From: Amoebidium appalachense
Lineage: Eukaryota > Protista > Ichthyosporea
Direction of reading: 5' to 3'
Assembly (NCBI GenBank): GCA_963693365.1
Contig: CAVNZM010000012.1
Coordinates: 6,584,889-6,648,888 of the forward strand
Length of the DNA stretch: 64,000 nt
Shown here: in pieces, positions 1 through 13,106 of the stretch
How the letters are laid out: the number at the start of each line of letters is the position of its first letter
Numbering within the stretch: the stretch's first letter is position 1
The notes under the pieces: model-generated
Database searches by the model: none
Told to the model about the DNA's origin: nothing
The model's input: only the letters and a program-made list of their open reading frames with translations
Program-made: the position numbers and the translations under genes

Positions 1-258
1 TGGTCACGGTATGAGGGAGGGAGGGGGTGGGGCGGAAGCCGGTTGTACCGCCTAAATTACCACCCCTTTTACTATACTGTACGCTGAAGTGTAATCCGAC
101 GACCAATACACATGATCACACTCTGTGTTTTGGTGCAAAAAACCATCGTCCCACCTGTGCAAATCTGCAGTTTATTGAAATGTTTAGTTAACTTCATTGT
201 AATTTGTTCTTTCCTTAGTATGCCCTTACAGACTTATGCCCTGCTGTTTTTTCCCCTC

Positions 259-359
<101 letters not shown>

Positions 360-589
360 GGATGAGGGGAGGAGGGGAGGGAAGGGGGGGGGTAAGGGGG
401 GGGGGTGTTGTCTAGTAACCACACCAAGTTACCCATTCCCCCCTCCCCCCCCAGCCCATCCCCACACCACCACCATTCCCACCCGAGGCCCCAAATACAT
501 ACGGATAACTACCTTATTGTAATACTTGCCGATTTCGTCTTATAAGCTTAAGTTACCTGCTCTCCTTCCAAAATTCTTTCCCTTCTTCT

Positions 590-650
<61 letters not shown>

Positions 651-896
651 GCAACCACCACCACCAACACACAAACACACACCACCACCACACCCCCATC
701 AGGCGCCCACATGCACACTGGTGTCTTAATTTCTTTCTCCAGGTGGTATTGCTTGCAGTAAACCATCCTTCTTCAACCTTTTCCATCGCTCCAAGCGCCA
801 CAGACATCTTCTCGCTCCCTACCCCTCCACCCCCCTTCCAATACTCTCTCTCCCTCTCCCTCTCTTTCTTCCCCCCTTACCTCCACAGTTGCCGTA

Positions 897-934
<38 letters not shown>

Positions 935-966
935 ACCCCGGCCAACCACCCCCGGCCCCCATCCCC

Positions 967-1134
967 CTGAGTTGGGTGTCGTTAACGAGGTGAATGGGTC
1001 GAAACTCGGGTACTGTGGATGACCTGGGCCCCCCCTGAGGATGGGCTCTGCTTATTATGCATACCCTTTATGTATGGTTTGCATTCTGCACCGTGTTATC
1101 CGTTGTTCTTGTGTACGCATTATGACGCATTCAA
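967..1134 (-). repeat. Copy of ~350-bp dispersed repeat family A (partial)
   Basis: Reverse complement is near-identical to 38422-38596 and matches 35447-35581 and 34108-34232 (core CAGAGCCCATCCTCAGGGGGGGCCCA.GTCATCCACAGTACCCGAGTTTCGACC). Confidence 0.85.
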
Positions 1135-1140
1135 CCCCCC

Positions 1141-1171
<31 letters not shown>

Positions 1172-1335
1172 CACACGCACACACACAATGTTTCCCCCCA
1201 GGCACTACAAACCCAAAAATCTTTCGAACTCACGAACTCACAACTCATGATACACAACGACCCTCTCCCTATATCCATCCCCCCCCCCCCCCCTCTTTTC
1301 TTTCTTTCTTTTATTTTTTTCCCCCTTTTTTGCAG

Positions 1336-1627
1336 TATGTCAAAACCTTCAACATGGATGAGTATGTGGGGATTCCCCGAGACCACCCCCAGAGCTACTG
1401 CACGTTCATGTGGACCAACTTCTTCAGCCACATCGATATCGACCAATCAAATACCCACATTCTGGACGGGAATGCACCGGATTTGGAAATGGAATGCGAA
1501 GAGTATGAGAGGAAGATCCAGGCGGCGGGTGGGATCGATCTGTTTTTGGGAGGTATGTGACCTCTTTTCACTTGGAGCTTTTTTTTTTGTTGGTATGAAA
1601 ACATTTTTTGTTTTATTTTATTTTATT

Positions 1628-1658
<31 letters not shown>

Positions 1659-1908
1659 TTTTTTTTTTTTGGGGGGGGGGGGGGGGGGGGCTGCTGTTTT
1701 TCACAGTTTAGTTTCCCTTTTGTCCAAAACTTCGTCGGTTATTTGAAGGGGTTGCGCTGGTTTGCTTTGATTTTTTTCTAGTTTTTGCATCTGAAAAAAT
1801 AACTGATTGATTCTTCCGCCTGTCCTCATTTTTTCTATTCAGTACATGGTTTGTTCCATTTTATTTTCCTCAATTGAGACGTAAACAGCCCCCCTCCCCC
1901 CTCCCCCC

Positions 1909-1966
<58 letters not shown>

Positions 1967-2433
1967 CTTTGGTCTCAAATCCGACCTTTCCTTGCCAAGA
2001 GTCTCTCCAACTTTTTCTCTCCTCCCTTCTCCCCCCCCCCCCCCCCCCCCCCTCCCCTCCTCTCTCTATCTCTATATCCCCCCTCCCCCCCCCCCCCTCT
2101 CTCTTTCTCCCTCTCTCTCGCTCGCTCCACTCTCCTCCTTACTCCCCCTCCCCCCCCCCCCCCCCCCTCCCCCCCCCCCCCCCCCCCCCCCGCCCGATTT
2201 CCCACATCCCTTCCCTCCTTCCTTACCTTCCCTCCCTCAGAATACATACATGTTTACCCCTTCCTTTTTCCCGTTCCCCTGCCCCCAACAAACAAACACA
2301 CACACATATCAACATACATAGGCAACCCTCCTCCCCCCCAATCTACCCATACACACGTGCTTCCTTCCCCGCAAAACCCCCCTCGAGAACGTGACATAAT
2401 GTATCCCCCTAACCCCCTCCCTGTCTCGCCCAT

Positions 2434-2472
<39 letters not shown>

Positions 2473-2655
2473 CACGCACGAACACACACACATACACCCA
2501 TCCACCCACACACAGGCATTGGTGCCGATGGGCACATTGCCTTCAACGAACCCTGCAGCTCCCTGCGGTCTCGAACGTGACATAAATGTATCCCCCTAAC
2601 CCCCTCCCTGTCTCGCCCATGCAGACACAGAACTACACACACACACATACACACA

Positions 2656-2713
<58 letters not shown>

Positions 2714-3211
2714 CATTGGTGCCGATGGGCACATTGCCTTCAACGAACCCTGCAGCTCCCTGCGGTCTCGTACCCGCCCCATGTTTCTGACACAGGAAAC
2801 CATTATTGCAAACTCACGTTTTTTCGACAACGACACCTCAAAGGTTCCGAAGTTGGTATGGAGTCCCTCCCTCCCTTCCTCCCTCCCTTCCCCCCTCCTC
2901 CCCCGACCCCCACCCCGGGGCTCTCCCCCACCTGCTCCACCATCCCTCCCTTTCTTCCACATCCCCGTTTTATCCTCTCTTCCTTCTCCACACACTCTCA
3001 TACATACCAGTATATGCTCCCACTCTGAGGTTGCAATAGTGAGTTTTGTTTTTTGGGATGCTCGGAGGTGATATTGCATAAGTAGACGGAGGTTGCATGG
3101 TTGTGTTTGCACTGTAGTCGTTTTACAATAAACAACCACCCCAACAAGTCCCCCCCCCCCCCCCCCCCCCCCCGTCCCTGCCCCGATTAGAAAGGAAAAA
3201 GAAAAAGAGAG

Positions 3212-3280
<69 letters not shown>

Positions 3281-3463
3281 GCAAGAGAGATAGAGATAGA
3301 TCAAGAGAGAGAGAGAGAGAGAGAGATAGAAAGAAAGGAAAAAGAAAGAGAAGAAAACTAAATTACTACCCCCGGGGGGGGGGGGGGAGGGGGGGGGGGG
3401 GAAGAAATCGAAAAAGGCGGAGCTGTTACACTAGGAAGTCTGACACCTTCTCCCCCGCCCCTT

Positions 3464-3500
<37 letters not shown>

Positions 3501-3783
3501 ACCCCCCACCCTACAGGCCGTAACTGTAGGCGTAGGAACCGTGTTTGATGCCCGCGAAGTGATTGTTCTTGTGACGGGAGAGGCAAAAGCGCTCGCGTTG
3601 AAACACAGCGTGGAGAAATCATACAGCCATACGTGGACTGCTAGCGTGTTCCAGACGCATCCAAACACAATGTTTGTGTGTGATGAGGGTGCGACCATGG
3701 AACTAAAGGTGAAAACGTACAAGTATTTCAAGGAGAACAGGGCTGCACAGGCGCGGTTGTGGCCCGGGAAGAAGTTCTTTTAG
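1336..3783 (+). CDS. GNPDA: Glucosamine-6-phosphate deaminase (GNPDA/NagB family), last three coding exons; N-terminal exon(s) not located
   Basis: Exons 1336-1552 ([21 protein letters not shown]...GGIDLFLG), 2713-2855 ([22 protein letters not shown]...VPKL) and 3517-3783 ([15 protein letters not shown]...[20 protein letters not shown]...stop). All have AG/GT boundaries and consistent phases (1, 0). Motifs TFNMDEY, [13 protein letters not shown] and ELKVKTxKYFK are typical of eukaryotic GNPDA. Confidence 0.95.
2388..2770 (+). repeat. Tandem duplication (~190 bp) of an intron end, acceptor and first 58 nt of a GNPDA exon
   Basis: AACGTGACATAA(A)TGTATCCCCCTAACCCCCTCCCTGTCTCGCCCATGCA...CACAG|GCATTGGTGCC...CGGTCTCG occurs twice. 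Exon portions 2516-2573 and 2713-2770 are identical. Confidence 0.9.
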
Positions 3784-4434
3784 AGAGCGGAGGGGTCAAA
3801 ATTTAGGAACTGTTGATTGAGCGGCCGCGGGGGGGACTTGGTGCACAATTTTTGGGTTCTGGTTGTGTTTTTTGTTTCGTTTGACGAAAGTTTTAGTTTT
3901 TTGTTGTAGTTTCGTTGGATGGGTGGTTGGGGGCCCGGGGGGGGGGGGGGGGGGGGGGGGATTGGGGCGGGAGGGGGCGAGAGAGCGGTGGGTGGGGTGG
4001 GTGGGGGAGGGGGGAGGGGGGGGGGGGGGGGGGGAGCAGGAATCATCTTGTTGGGGGCAGGGCTGCTCTTGTTGGGATGAAGGAAAATATACTAAGCACT
4101 GTCAATTTTATTTTCCCTCCGCCATTTCATTAGGGAATGAGTGCCTAAAGCTCTTTATTTTCTATGGGGTCTCAGAGTTAGTTAGAGCACTTCTAGTTGT
4201 AATATTCCCGGATTGGCCGTTTCGAGGAAACGTTTAACCGGAAGATGAAAAGAAATTCCCGGGCAGTTGCCCATCAACGGTTAGAAAAACTGGCCAACGA
4301 CCCCATTCTTTATTTTTCATTTTGTTTTTGTTGTTTGCTGTTCAATCTCAGGATTTGATTGTTGACAAGAAAAAATGTGTCCCAAGTTGCTTCTGAGTCC
4401 CAGCATTGGTCATGATCAAATCAACGACGGTTGC

Positions 4435-4519
<85 letters not shown>

Positions 4520-4573
4520 ACACACGCACACTCGCTCACCCACGGCTCACTCACTCACTAACTCGCACTATGT

Positions 4574-4656
<83 letters not shown>

Positions 4657-5014
4657 TGTACACACACAATTTTGACCTTCAAACCCTATCCCCAATGGCA
4701 TCAAACATGCAGATTTGATGCACTATAATATGAGGAGGTGTCCTGCAGCCGTTGGGGGGGGGGGAGGGGGGAGGGGAGGGGGAGGGGGGACGTTTCTGTC
4801 ATGATCTCGCCCACAAACTCTTACGCAAAGAATCGGTATCTCTGGGGCCCTTTCTGCTTAGGATTCGAAGGGTGAGGGAAATGTGTCTGTAGAGCTAGGA
4901 CGGGAGGCAAAGGGGGGGAGGGAAGAGGAGGTGTGTACATGGGTGTGTGCGTCTGTGTGTATGTGTGTGTGTGTGCCACGGGGGGGGAGGGGGGGGGGGG
5001 GGAGATCTAGATCG

Positions 5015-5045
<31 letters not shown>

Positions 5046-5117
5046 GGGGGGGAGGAGAGAGAGAGAAAGAGAGAGAGTTTGTGTTGTGTGTATGTGTGTT
5101 TGACTGTTTGTGTGTGT

Positions 5118-5201
<84 letters not shown>

Positions 5202-5756
5202 GTAGAGCGTACAAAAAGTGGATCCCGCGGCGTTGATCACACATGTGCAGGCAATCTGATTCATAATGCTGAACGAAATACTGTTAGTGCAACCACTGAC
5301 AGAGTGGGCCTGGGGTTTTAATTCATATAGTATTTGTTCGAGGCTTCAACTGAGTGAAAACGAAACCATGCAGCTGATCATGAGATAATATTGGGCATAT
5401 TATGTGCATGCTTGTACACCCATATGCATGTACACTTCTTATGATTAGGGGTCACATGTACATGTAAAAAAGTAAATATTGAAATATATGCATATATATG
5501 TAAATATATGCAACTTGAAATATATGCGAATATAGTCAACTTGCGGGAGACCCCTCTCCTTCTCTACTGTAATAAAACACATTCAGTCATGATCAGGTCT
5601 CGCGGCCGATGCGCACAGAGTTGTGGCACGCCGATAAGAGGCGTTTAGCCTTGTAGGTCACCAGGCAGTATCAATAAATAGATAAGTTACGCCCTCGACC
5701 TACTATCGACCTATAGATATGTCGACGTCAATCGGCAAGATTCTACTGGTGGCGCC

Positions 5757-5878
5757 CACCGTATACAGTTTTTGCGTCCGCGCCCAAGATTCCACCCTTT
5801 TGGGGGGGTGGGGACGGAATCTTATTTTCAATTAGAAGGTCAAGTTTTGGCCGTCCTCATAATCTTAGCCCGGGAGAA

Positions 5879-5918
<40 letters not shown>

Positions 5919-6084
5919 CATGGCGCTGCACATGCAAGTTGGTGTGTGTTAACACGCGGTGGGGCACTGGTTCAAGCGGTGGCTATCATACCGTGCCGCT
6001 GTATGGTGTAATGTGTGTGAGTTATACAGTGCACGTGTGTGTGTTACCCTTTTTGAGAGAGAGAGTGTGTGTGTGTGTGTGTTT

Positions 6085-6120
<36 letters not shown>

Positions 6121-6740
6121 GGGGGGGCAAAAAAAAAAAAAAAAAAAAAAGCCAGCTGAGCCGGACTCGAACCCGAGTGCAAGTGGAAACGGCGCAATAA
6201 CTATAAATACTGCGTAAAACGCTGAATCTGCGGTTTTGGGGGACTCTTTGCCGTGAAATGAGGCTAAAGACCGCGGCCCCCCACATAAAATTTAAGTTGT
6301 AATTTTTGTTTCCATCGCCGCTGGTGCCACTTTTGTGCTGAACTTTTTAATCGCAAGCATGTTGATAGGTGTGAGTTTTTATGTCGCGTTTTACCTCTTT
6401 CCCTACGGCTGTCTGCTACATGTGACCACTTTAGACTTTTTGTTGAATTCTGTTGGTCGTCACATTGAGTATTTATATGATTTTCACACAGTGTTCAGGT
6501 ATCTCAGTATGCACTTGTTACTGGATAACTCGTGAAGTTTTATTGTCTTCTCAGTATGCCGTGCATACTTGCATATCTTTCCGTCGAATAAATCCAGTCA
6601 AAAGAAGAAAAAAAAAAATAAGATTGTCCTGAAAATATGTAGGCCCGTCGGCGCAATCTTCAAATTTTGGCAATGTCGGCATCGACGGAATCTTGTTGGC
6701 GGACAATCTTGCACGCGGACGCACACTATATGTCACAGTG
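5757..6740. mobile_element. Degenerate non-autonomous TIR element, related to the MITE at 55258-55480
   Basis: Imperfect inverted ends: CACCGT...GCGTCCGCGCCCAAGATT versus AATCTTGCACGCGGACGC...ACAGTG. The internal motif AATCTTGTTGGCGG matches the CCGCCAATAAGATT motif of the 55.3-kb MITE. No clear TSD. Confidence 0.45.
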
Positions 6741-7009
6741 CGTGGGGGGGGTGGGGGGAGGGGGTGGGGGGGAGGGAAGTGGAAGGCGGGGGTGGATGCA
6801 TGTCAGCCTAGGTGAATTCAATTGTTTAACTCCAGTGTGCAGGACTGGTCTGAAGGCTTAAGAAAACAACGAGGAAATGGGGTCCAGTGGAGGTGGTGGT
6901 GGTGTTCTGTGTGTGTGTGTACACGTGCACGTATGTGTGTGGTTTTTCTAAGGGGTGAGTGGTGGTGGTGGTGGTGGTGGTGGTCACCGTGGTGGTGGTG
7001 TGTGTGTCT

Positions 7010-7083
<74 letters not shown>

Positions 7084-9339
7084 TAGAAAGAAAAACTGCT
7101 CGTGGGTCACTGTTTTTCGTCACTGTATTTGTAACGGGCCGCTCATATTTATATAACTACTTTAATTTAAGTACACGTGTTCATTATCATATACGATGGC
7201 CAAATATAGAAATTTTGGCGTCGAAGTTCTTGGAGCTAAAAAAACGTTTAAAAGGGGGAAATAATAGCTTGGCCCCAAATTTACCTTGCCGTTTTTAGCG
7301 AATGTATTTTTTATTCATGAGTTCTAGTGATTCATTGAGTGCACGTGCCTGCCTCAGGCTGATCATGACAACTGCAACACACCATTCCTACATGGATATC
7401 AACCAAAAGAAAATAGTATATACTGTGGTGGTCTCCTAAACCTTGTGCGGCATGCGCATACATGATATTACAGTGACGCATGTGCATATTATTGTTCTGT
7501 ACACCGGAGTGTGCCGGTGCACGTGGCTGTTTTGTGCACATGTTACAATAGCAGCACGATCTCCCTAAACTCCATGTTTACACATCCCTCACCCTGGCTC
7601 TGCCTTGTCGGTGCTCCAAAACACACATACAAATCCCCCTAGACTCAGTGCCTGCACATGGTCGCATTCACGTGCAGGTCACGTGACACATGCGATGCCA
7701 TACTGCCGTCTACAGCAACAACCACGGCAGCATGTATACCGGCCCAGCACGAAATATACTTATCGGCAGCCCACTGAACTCGCCCATTTTCTCTTTTTCA
7801 TGTATGTCCCTCCTTTTTTGTAAAATCACCCTTTTTGGCCTCCCGGTAGTGGATTTTGCAGGATTTGACTTCTTTGAGGTCCAAAAACCTCAAATTTTCC
7901 CCGGCGGGGCCGGGGAGGGAGAATTCAAAAATTGCCCGCTCCTGATATGGTACCCGGGCCTGCGTGGGCCACATCACGGCTTCAGAGGGCCGCGGCCGTG
8001 GTCACATTCTCGCTACCACAGAATTGCCTGTGCTCGAAGTACTTGTTGTGCGTGCCGCATCCATTGTAGGCAAACACACGCATACCCAAGAATCGACCAT
8101 GGGATTGCATGCCTGAGGGGCCACGCTGACTCATGCAGCGTGTTATATAAATGACTGTTGCGATTTTCTCCCTAGAGCCCAGAGGAGTTTTCTCAACCGT
8201 TGCTACATAGCGCTTGGAAGGTGTATCGCAGGTGCATGCATCGCCGGCGGATTCCGAATCTGTGGAATTTCCGGGAAAGTGGCTCAGCCAATAGATGTCG
8301 AGTAGATCTGGCGCCTTTTTCCCGCTCTTTCGGTTCATCCAATCAAATGAGGCTTGGAATCTGAAACAGATCTAACAATCCCCACCGAGCCAGCACAGCA
8401 TTATATGAAGTGTGTATAGTGTGTGCATATATAATACTTTATCTCAATGTCGCAGCACACATCCGGCACTGCAGGTCTTCTCGAGAAGATAGGCAAGGAC
8501 CACCTGCACATGTACATACAACAATGTGCCACTAGTACATGTGTACACATGTACACCGTGATATGTACACTTGATCATGATCATGAAATCTGCAGCTGGC
8601 CATGGGGGATTTTATTAAAGTACTCAGTGCACTTTACGATCATCGGCTTTCCAGAGCACTGGAATATAGCTCGCCATGCCTGTGTGTACCATGGAGAAGG
8701 CAGGAGAAGATGTTTTGCATTGGAATTTCAAACCCAAGCGCATATTCGCAGCACACACCAGTGCCTATTTCCGATGTATCGATAAACCGTAATTCAACAT
8801 GAATTTGAACATATGCACATGTTGTAAATTCCTGCCTCGTATACGTACATGTACAGACCATGTGCGTGGACCAGCAACGACACCAACACAGCTTTTTAAC
8901 ATTATACTTGATACTATACATAAGGCCGCTGGTCAGAATATAAAGCGTCCACGGCGATCATCGTGTGTGGGAGACTTACGTAAATTGCATGGGTATACGT
9001 GTGTCTGCTTGTCCTGCTCCCCAGCCATTCGTCCATCTCCAGCCAATGGATAACCTGTTTCCATGCAGCCTAGAACCTACCAACTACCAGCAGCCCAGTC
9101 CACTAGGCGAATGAGAAAGCATATAAAAGGCCACTGCAGCTATTAATATTTGTACCATGCTTCGAACACCAGCAACGCCAAAGGCAAACTGTTTGCAAAC
9201 ACGAAAGAGTATACACTGCGCACCCGGAAACCATCCGCTGCACCTCAAGATCAAGACTCCTAATTCTAATCTAATATTCTCCGCGGTTGTGTTCTCTTTT
9301 TCCTCGCTCCCAAAGTTTTTCGTCTTCCCATTGAACAGA

Positions 9340-9745
9340 ATGGCCACCACCATCAAGCTCGCAGCGATATCCGCTCTCGCCATCGCCAGCACCACCGCCG
9401 CGCCCATGGAACGGCGTCAGGCAGGGTGTGCATACGCAGGAAACTTCTGCGGCTCCAGCTCCACAGCCCTCACTCCTTGCTGCCAAACGGGCTACTCATG
9501 CCAGTCTTGGTACGGAAACAATGCCTATTTCGTCTGCCAGCCGACCCCTTCTAGCACTGTGCCTCGCACCACCACCGCAGCTCCCACAACAACGGTTACC
9601 CGTCTTCCAACGACCTCTGCGGCAGTGACAACAACAACTAGGGCACCCACCACCAGCACCACCACCAAACCACCGGTGACTACAACTGCCACTGTAAGTG
9701 ATCTTCTTTTTTTTAGTGTGTGCAGTGTTTGATAGCCCCCCTTCC

Positions 9746-9776
<31 letters not shown>

Positions 9777-11587
9777 AAAAAAAAAAAAAAAACCAATATT
9801 CATTATATAACATATGCATAGAATAAATTAAAATCATGAATAAAAGAAATTAAAAATAAAAAATAAAGTCTCTGAAGCAGTTGATCGTCACAATAGTGGG
9901 GAAGCACACAAACAGGCACACAGGCGCATTGAGAATCACATAATAACGAGTTGTGTTCACAGTGTTAATTATATGCACGTGCAGGTGGGTACGTGGGTGG
10001 TTGTAAGCGGTGTGTGTGTGTGTGTGCGCGCACGCAAGTGCATGTGTACATGTGTAGTGAAAAAAATCCTTTTTTGCTAATGTACTGACATGAAACCCAC
10101 AACATTTCCAGACTACCGGTTCCTCGACCCCCACCAGCACCGGCTGGCCTTGTGAATCCGACCCACCCAAGAACCAAACCCTTTTCGACCGCATTATGGA
10201 CCAATACCGCACCATCCCCGGGACTGCAGAAAACCCCCCCAAAATCGACCTTACAAACCCGGCCAACAACCCAGCAAACGTTCAGCGTGTCATGCGTATT
10301 CTCTCACCCGCCAAGTATGATTATATTTTCCCCATTCGTAACCCCATATACACGTACGAAGGTCTTCTGCAAGCGATTGCTAAGTGGCCGGCCTTCTGCG
10401 ACGATGCGCGTGACCCAACCAAGAAGGATGAGACGTGCACCATGGAGCTGATCTCTGCCATCGCTCATTTTGTCCAGGTGTGTTTTTGTTCGTTTCATAT
10501 CACTCTTTTGTCATTTGTGAATTTTTATTTTCACGGTGTCAATACCAACTTTGTGTAGCACCTTGCCGAAAAATTGCTGTGCTTGCATATTTTCAAGAGC
10601 AAAACACACAGACCTACACTTTCTATACGATGACAGTGGCATACACACATAGAACAAACCAAAACACATACACAAAATACACAAAAAAACACGTACCTAC
10701 ACACACCATTGCTTTGTAGTCACACACGGCACACACAACCCACCCAACTATTGCTACTTCTGCTTTCACAAATTGCCACATTACCATATCCAATCTCACA
10801 GGCTTTTCGTTCTGAAACTTTCCGTGGCATCCCACTTTTACCCCCACAGGAGACAGGAAAGAATGATGACTACTACGCTAAGGATACAGGCATTGCACGC
10901 TGGCGCCAAGGCCTCTACGAAGTCCGCGAAGCCGGCGGCAGCCCGGCTGCGGCGTACCGCGACAACTGCGACTCCGCCGTATGGGGCAAATGGCTCAACT
11001 GCCCCGCAAACACAACATACTACGGCCGCGGTGTTATGCAGCTCTCTTACCCGTTCAACTATGCTCCTTTCTCTGAAGCCGTTTACAATGACACCCATTA
11101 TCTCATCAACAAACCTGACCTTATCGCCACCTCCCCGTTCCTGGCGTTCGCATCCGGGATCTGGTTCAGCATGACCCCCCAGTCACCAAAACCGTCCATG
11201 CACGATGTGCTTAGCGGGTGGTACGTTCCGGGAGACGTCGAAAAGGCGTTGAATATCACCCCTGGTTTCGGCGCCACCATTCAAATTATCAACAGCGAGT
11301 GTGGGCTCGGGACGGAGAAAAACGCCGCGCAGAACCGCATCAACACGTTTGTGGCCGTTGCTGCCTACCTCAACTTCACCAGTTATAACCCTGACTGGCT
11401 GACGTGCGCCAATATGCAAAAGTTCCCCGCTGATGGTATTGCCGCTATCCCGATGTACTACTCCGCCGGGGCGTGGAATACGTGCAAGTGCGCCGCTGTC
11501 ACGTACCAGACACCGTTTTGGATGCTGAGCAAGCAGCAGGGTTACAAGGCGTGTGTGTGCGATCTGTACCCTGAAAAGTGTGTGTAA
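9340..11587 (+). CDS. Secreted GH19 chitinase with N-terminal CBM1-like Cys domain and Thr/Pro-rich linker (3 exons)
   Basis: Exons 9340-9693, 10112-10477 and 10850-11587, joined by phase-0 GT-AG introns (branch-like TACTGAC at about 10083). Signal peptide MATTIKLAAISALAIASTTAA, then CAYAGNFCG...CCQTGYSCQSWYGNNAYFVCQP. GH19 motifs AHFVQETG, YYGRGVMQLSYPFNY, PDLIA, WFSMTPQSPKPSMHDV and GFGATIQIINSECG. Confidence 0.93.
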
Positions 11588-12134
11588 ACTTATTAAAAAA
11601 GGGATCCTAGGTGCTATTCTTAGAAATCAAGCAACTTAGTAGGACACCGGGCAGTCAGCTGAGTCACAGCACTGCATGTAATCTGCGGTAACAACTAAGG
11701 ATTGTATCAAAACCTAGAGGCTAATCAGAAAAAAGCCTTAAATTTAGAATCTCTCTACCATTATACAGAGATTGACTAAAGCTGCTTATGTAAATACGGG
11801 GGTATTTCTTGATTTAGTTTTTGACACTGGTGAAATTGTTATCGTCTATTCAGTTCAATCGTTACTTAGCCTAGCATCGTATTAGTGGGCTGCACGTCTA
11901 CCCGCATGTCATATGAAATTGATATATTGAACCCTAAAAGAAATTTATCTATGGGTGTTTCGTGAAATGGATGCACTAAAGGAGCCCAGGTCTCAGCTGA
12001 ATTCTTCCCCCCCCCTCCCCCCCCCCCCCCCCCCCTCCCCTCCCCTCCCGGAGCTTCCCATGGCCAACGCTCCCCCACACACACACGCACCCCGCAATGT
12101 GTACATATACACATTCTTTTTTTTTTTAACAAGA

Positions 12135-12169
<35 letters not shown>

Positions 12170-12180
12170 CACGCACGCAC

Positions 12181-12230
<50 letters not shown>

Positions 12231-12886
12231 ACGCACACACACATACACATTTTTGGGGGGCAGGACGGGGCCGGGCCGGGGGGGAAGGGGGAGGGGGGAG
12301 GGGGGGGGAGGGGGGGAGGGGTGAGGGGAGGGGGGGGGGGGGGGGGGGGCAGGCAGCCATCCAACGTAAGGGACATCACGGTGTGGGACGTGGTCGAATC
12401 TTGTTTTTTGATTTTTTTTTTTTCTTTTTTTTTTTTAGCTCCCCGGAGCAAAGTGTTCTGGAATGTGCCGCTGAAGAATTTCATCTCTATAGGAAAAGTT
12501 ATTTCCTATAGAAGAAAACACTTCCAGTGAGAAAAGCACGGCGCGGCATGGTTTGAGAAGAAAAATCAAGATAGCCATCATAGTTTCGTGGCTACATTTC
12601 AATGATTAGGTACGCCAAGAGAACAAAATCCACGACCATGAGACTATCGTATTTAGGATTACCGCGAATTTCATTACTGAAAAAGGAGAAAAAAAGAATT
12701 AGGTCATAAAAGTCATTCGTGTACTTAAGTAAAAAAAAAAATAAATAGAAAAAAACGAAGGGTTTTGAGGAAGATGAACGTAAAATGGAGCTACTCTGAT
12801 TATAGACCGAGATACGGTAATTGAGTGGGTGATGGGGAAAAGCAAAATGAACGAAAAGCAACGAGTAAACTTAGCGTCGCGGGGAG

Positions 12887-12928
<42 letters not shown>

Positions 12929-12969
12929 CCCCCCCCCCCCCCCCCCTCCGGCCCCCCCCCCCCCCCCCA

Positions 12970-13008
<39 letters not shown>

Positions 13009-13074
13009 CCCTTAACCACCACCACCACCACCACCACCACCACCACCACAAAAGAAAAAAAAAAAAAAAAAAAA

Positions 13075-13106
<32 letters not shown>

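Noticed and set aside
733-765. Possible micro-exon of GNPDA (TTCTCCAG|GTGG...)
   Set aside because: The translation does not match the expected LGLPTGSTP-containing N-terminus.
5961-6180. tRNA-like A-box (TGGTTCAAGCGG, +) and B-box (GGTTCGAGTCC, -) next to poly-A/T
   Set aside because: The boxes are on opposite strands and no cloverleaf can be folded, so no tRNA is called.
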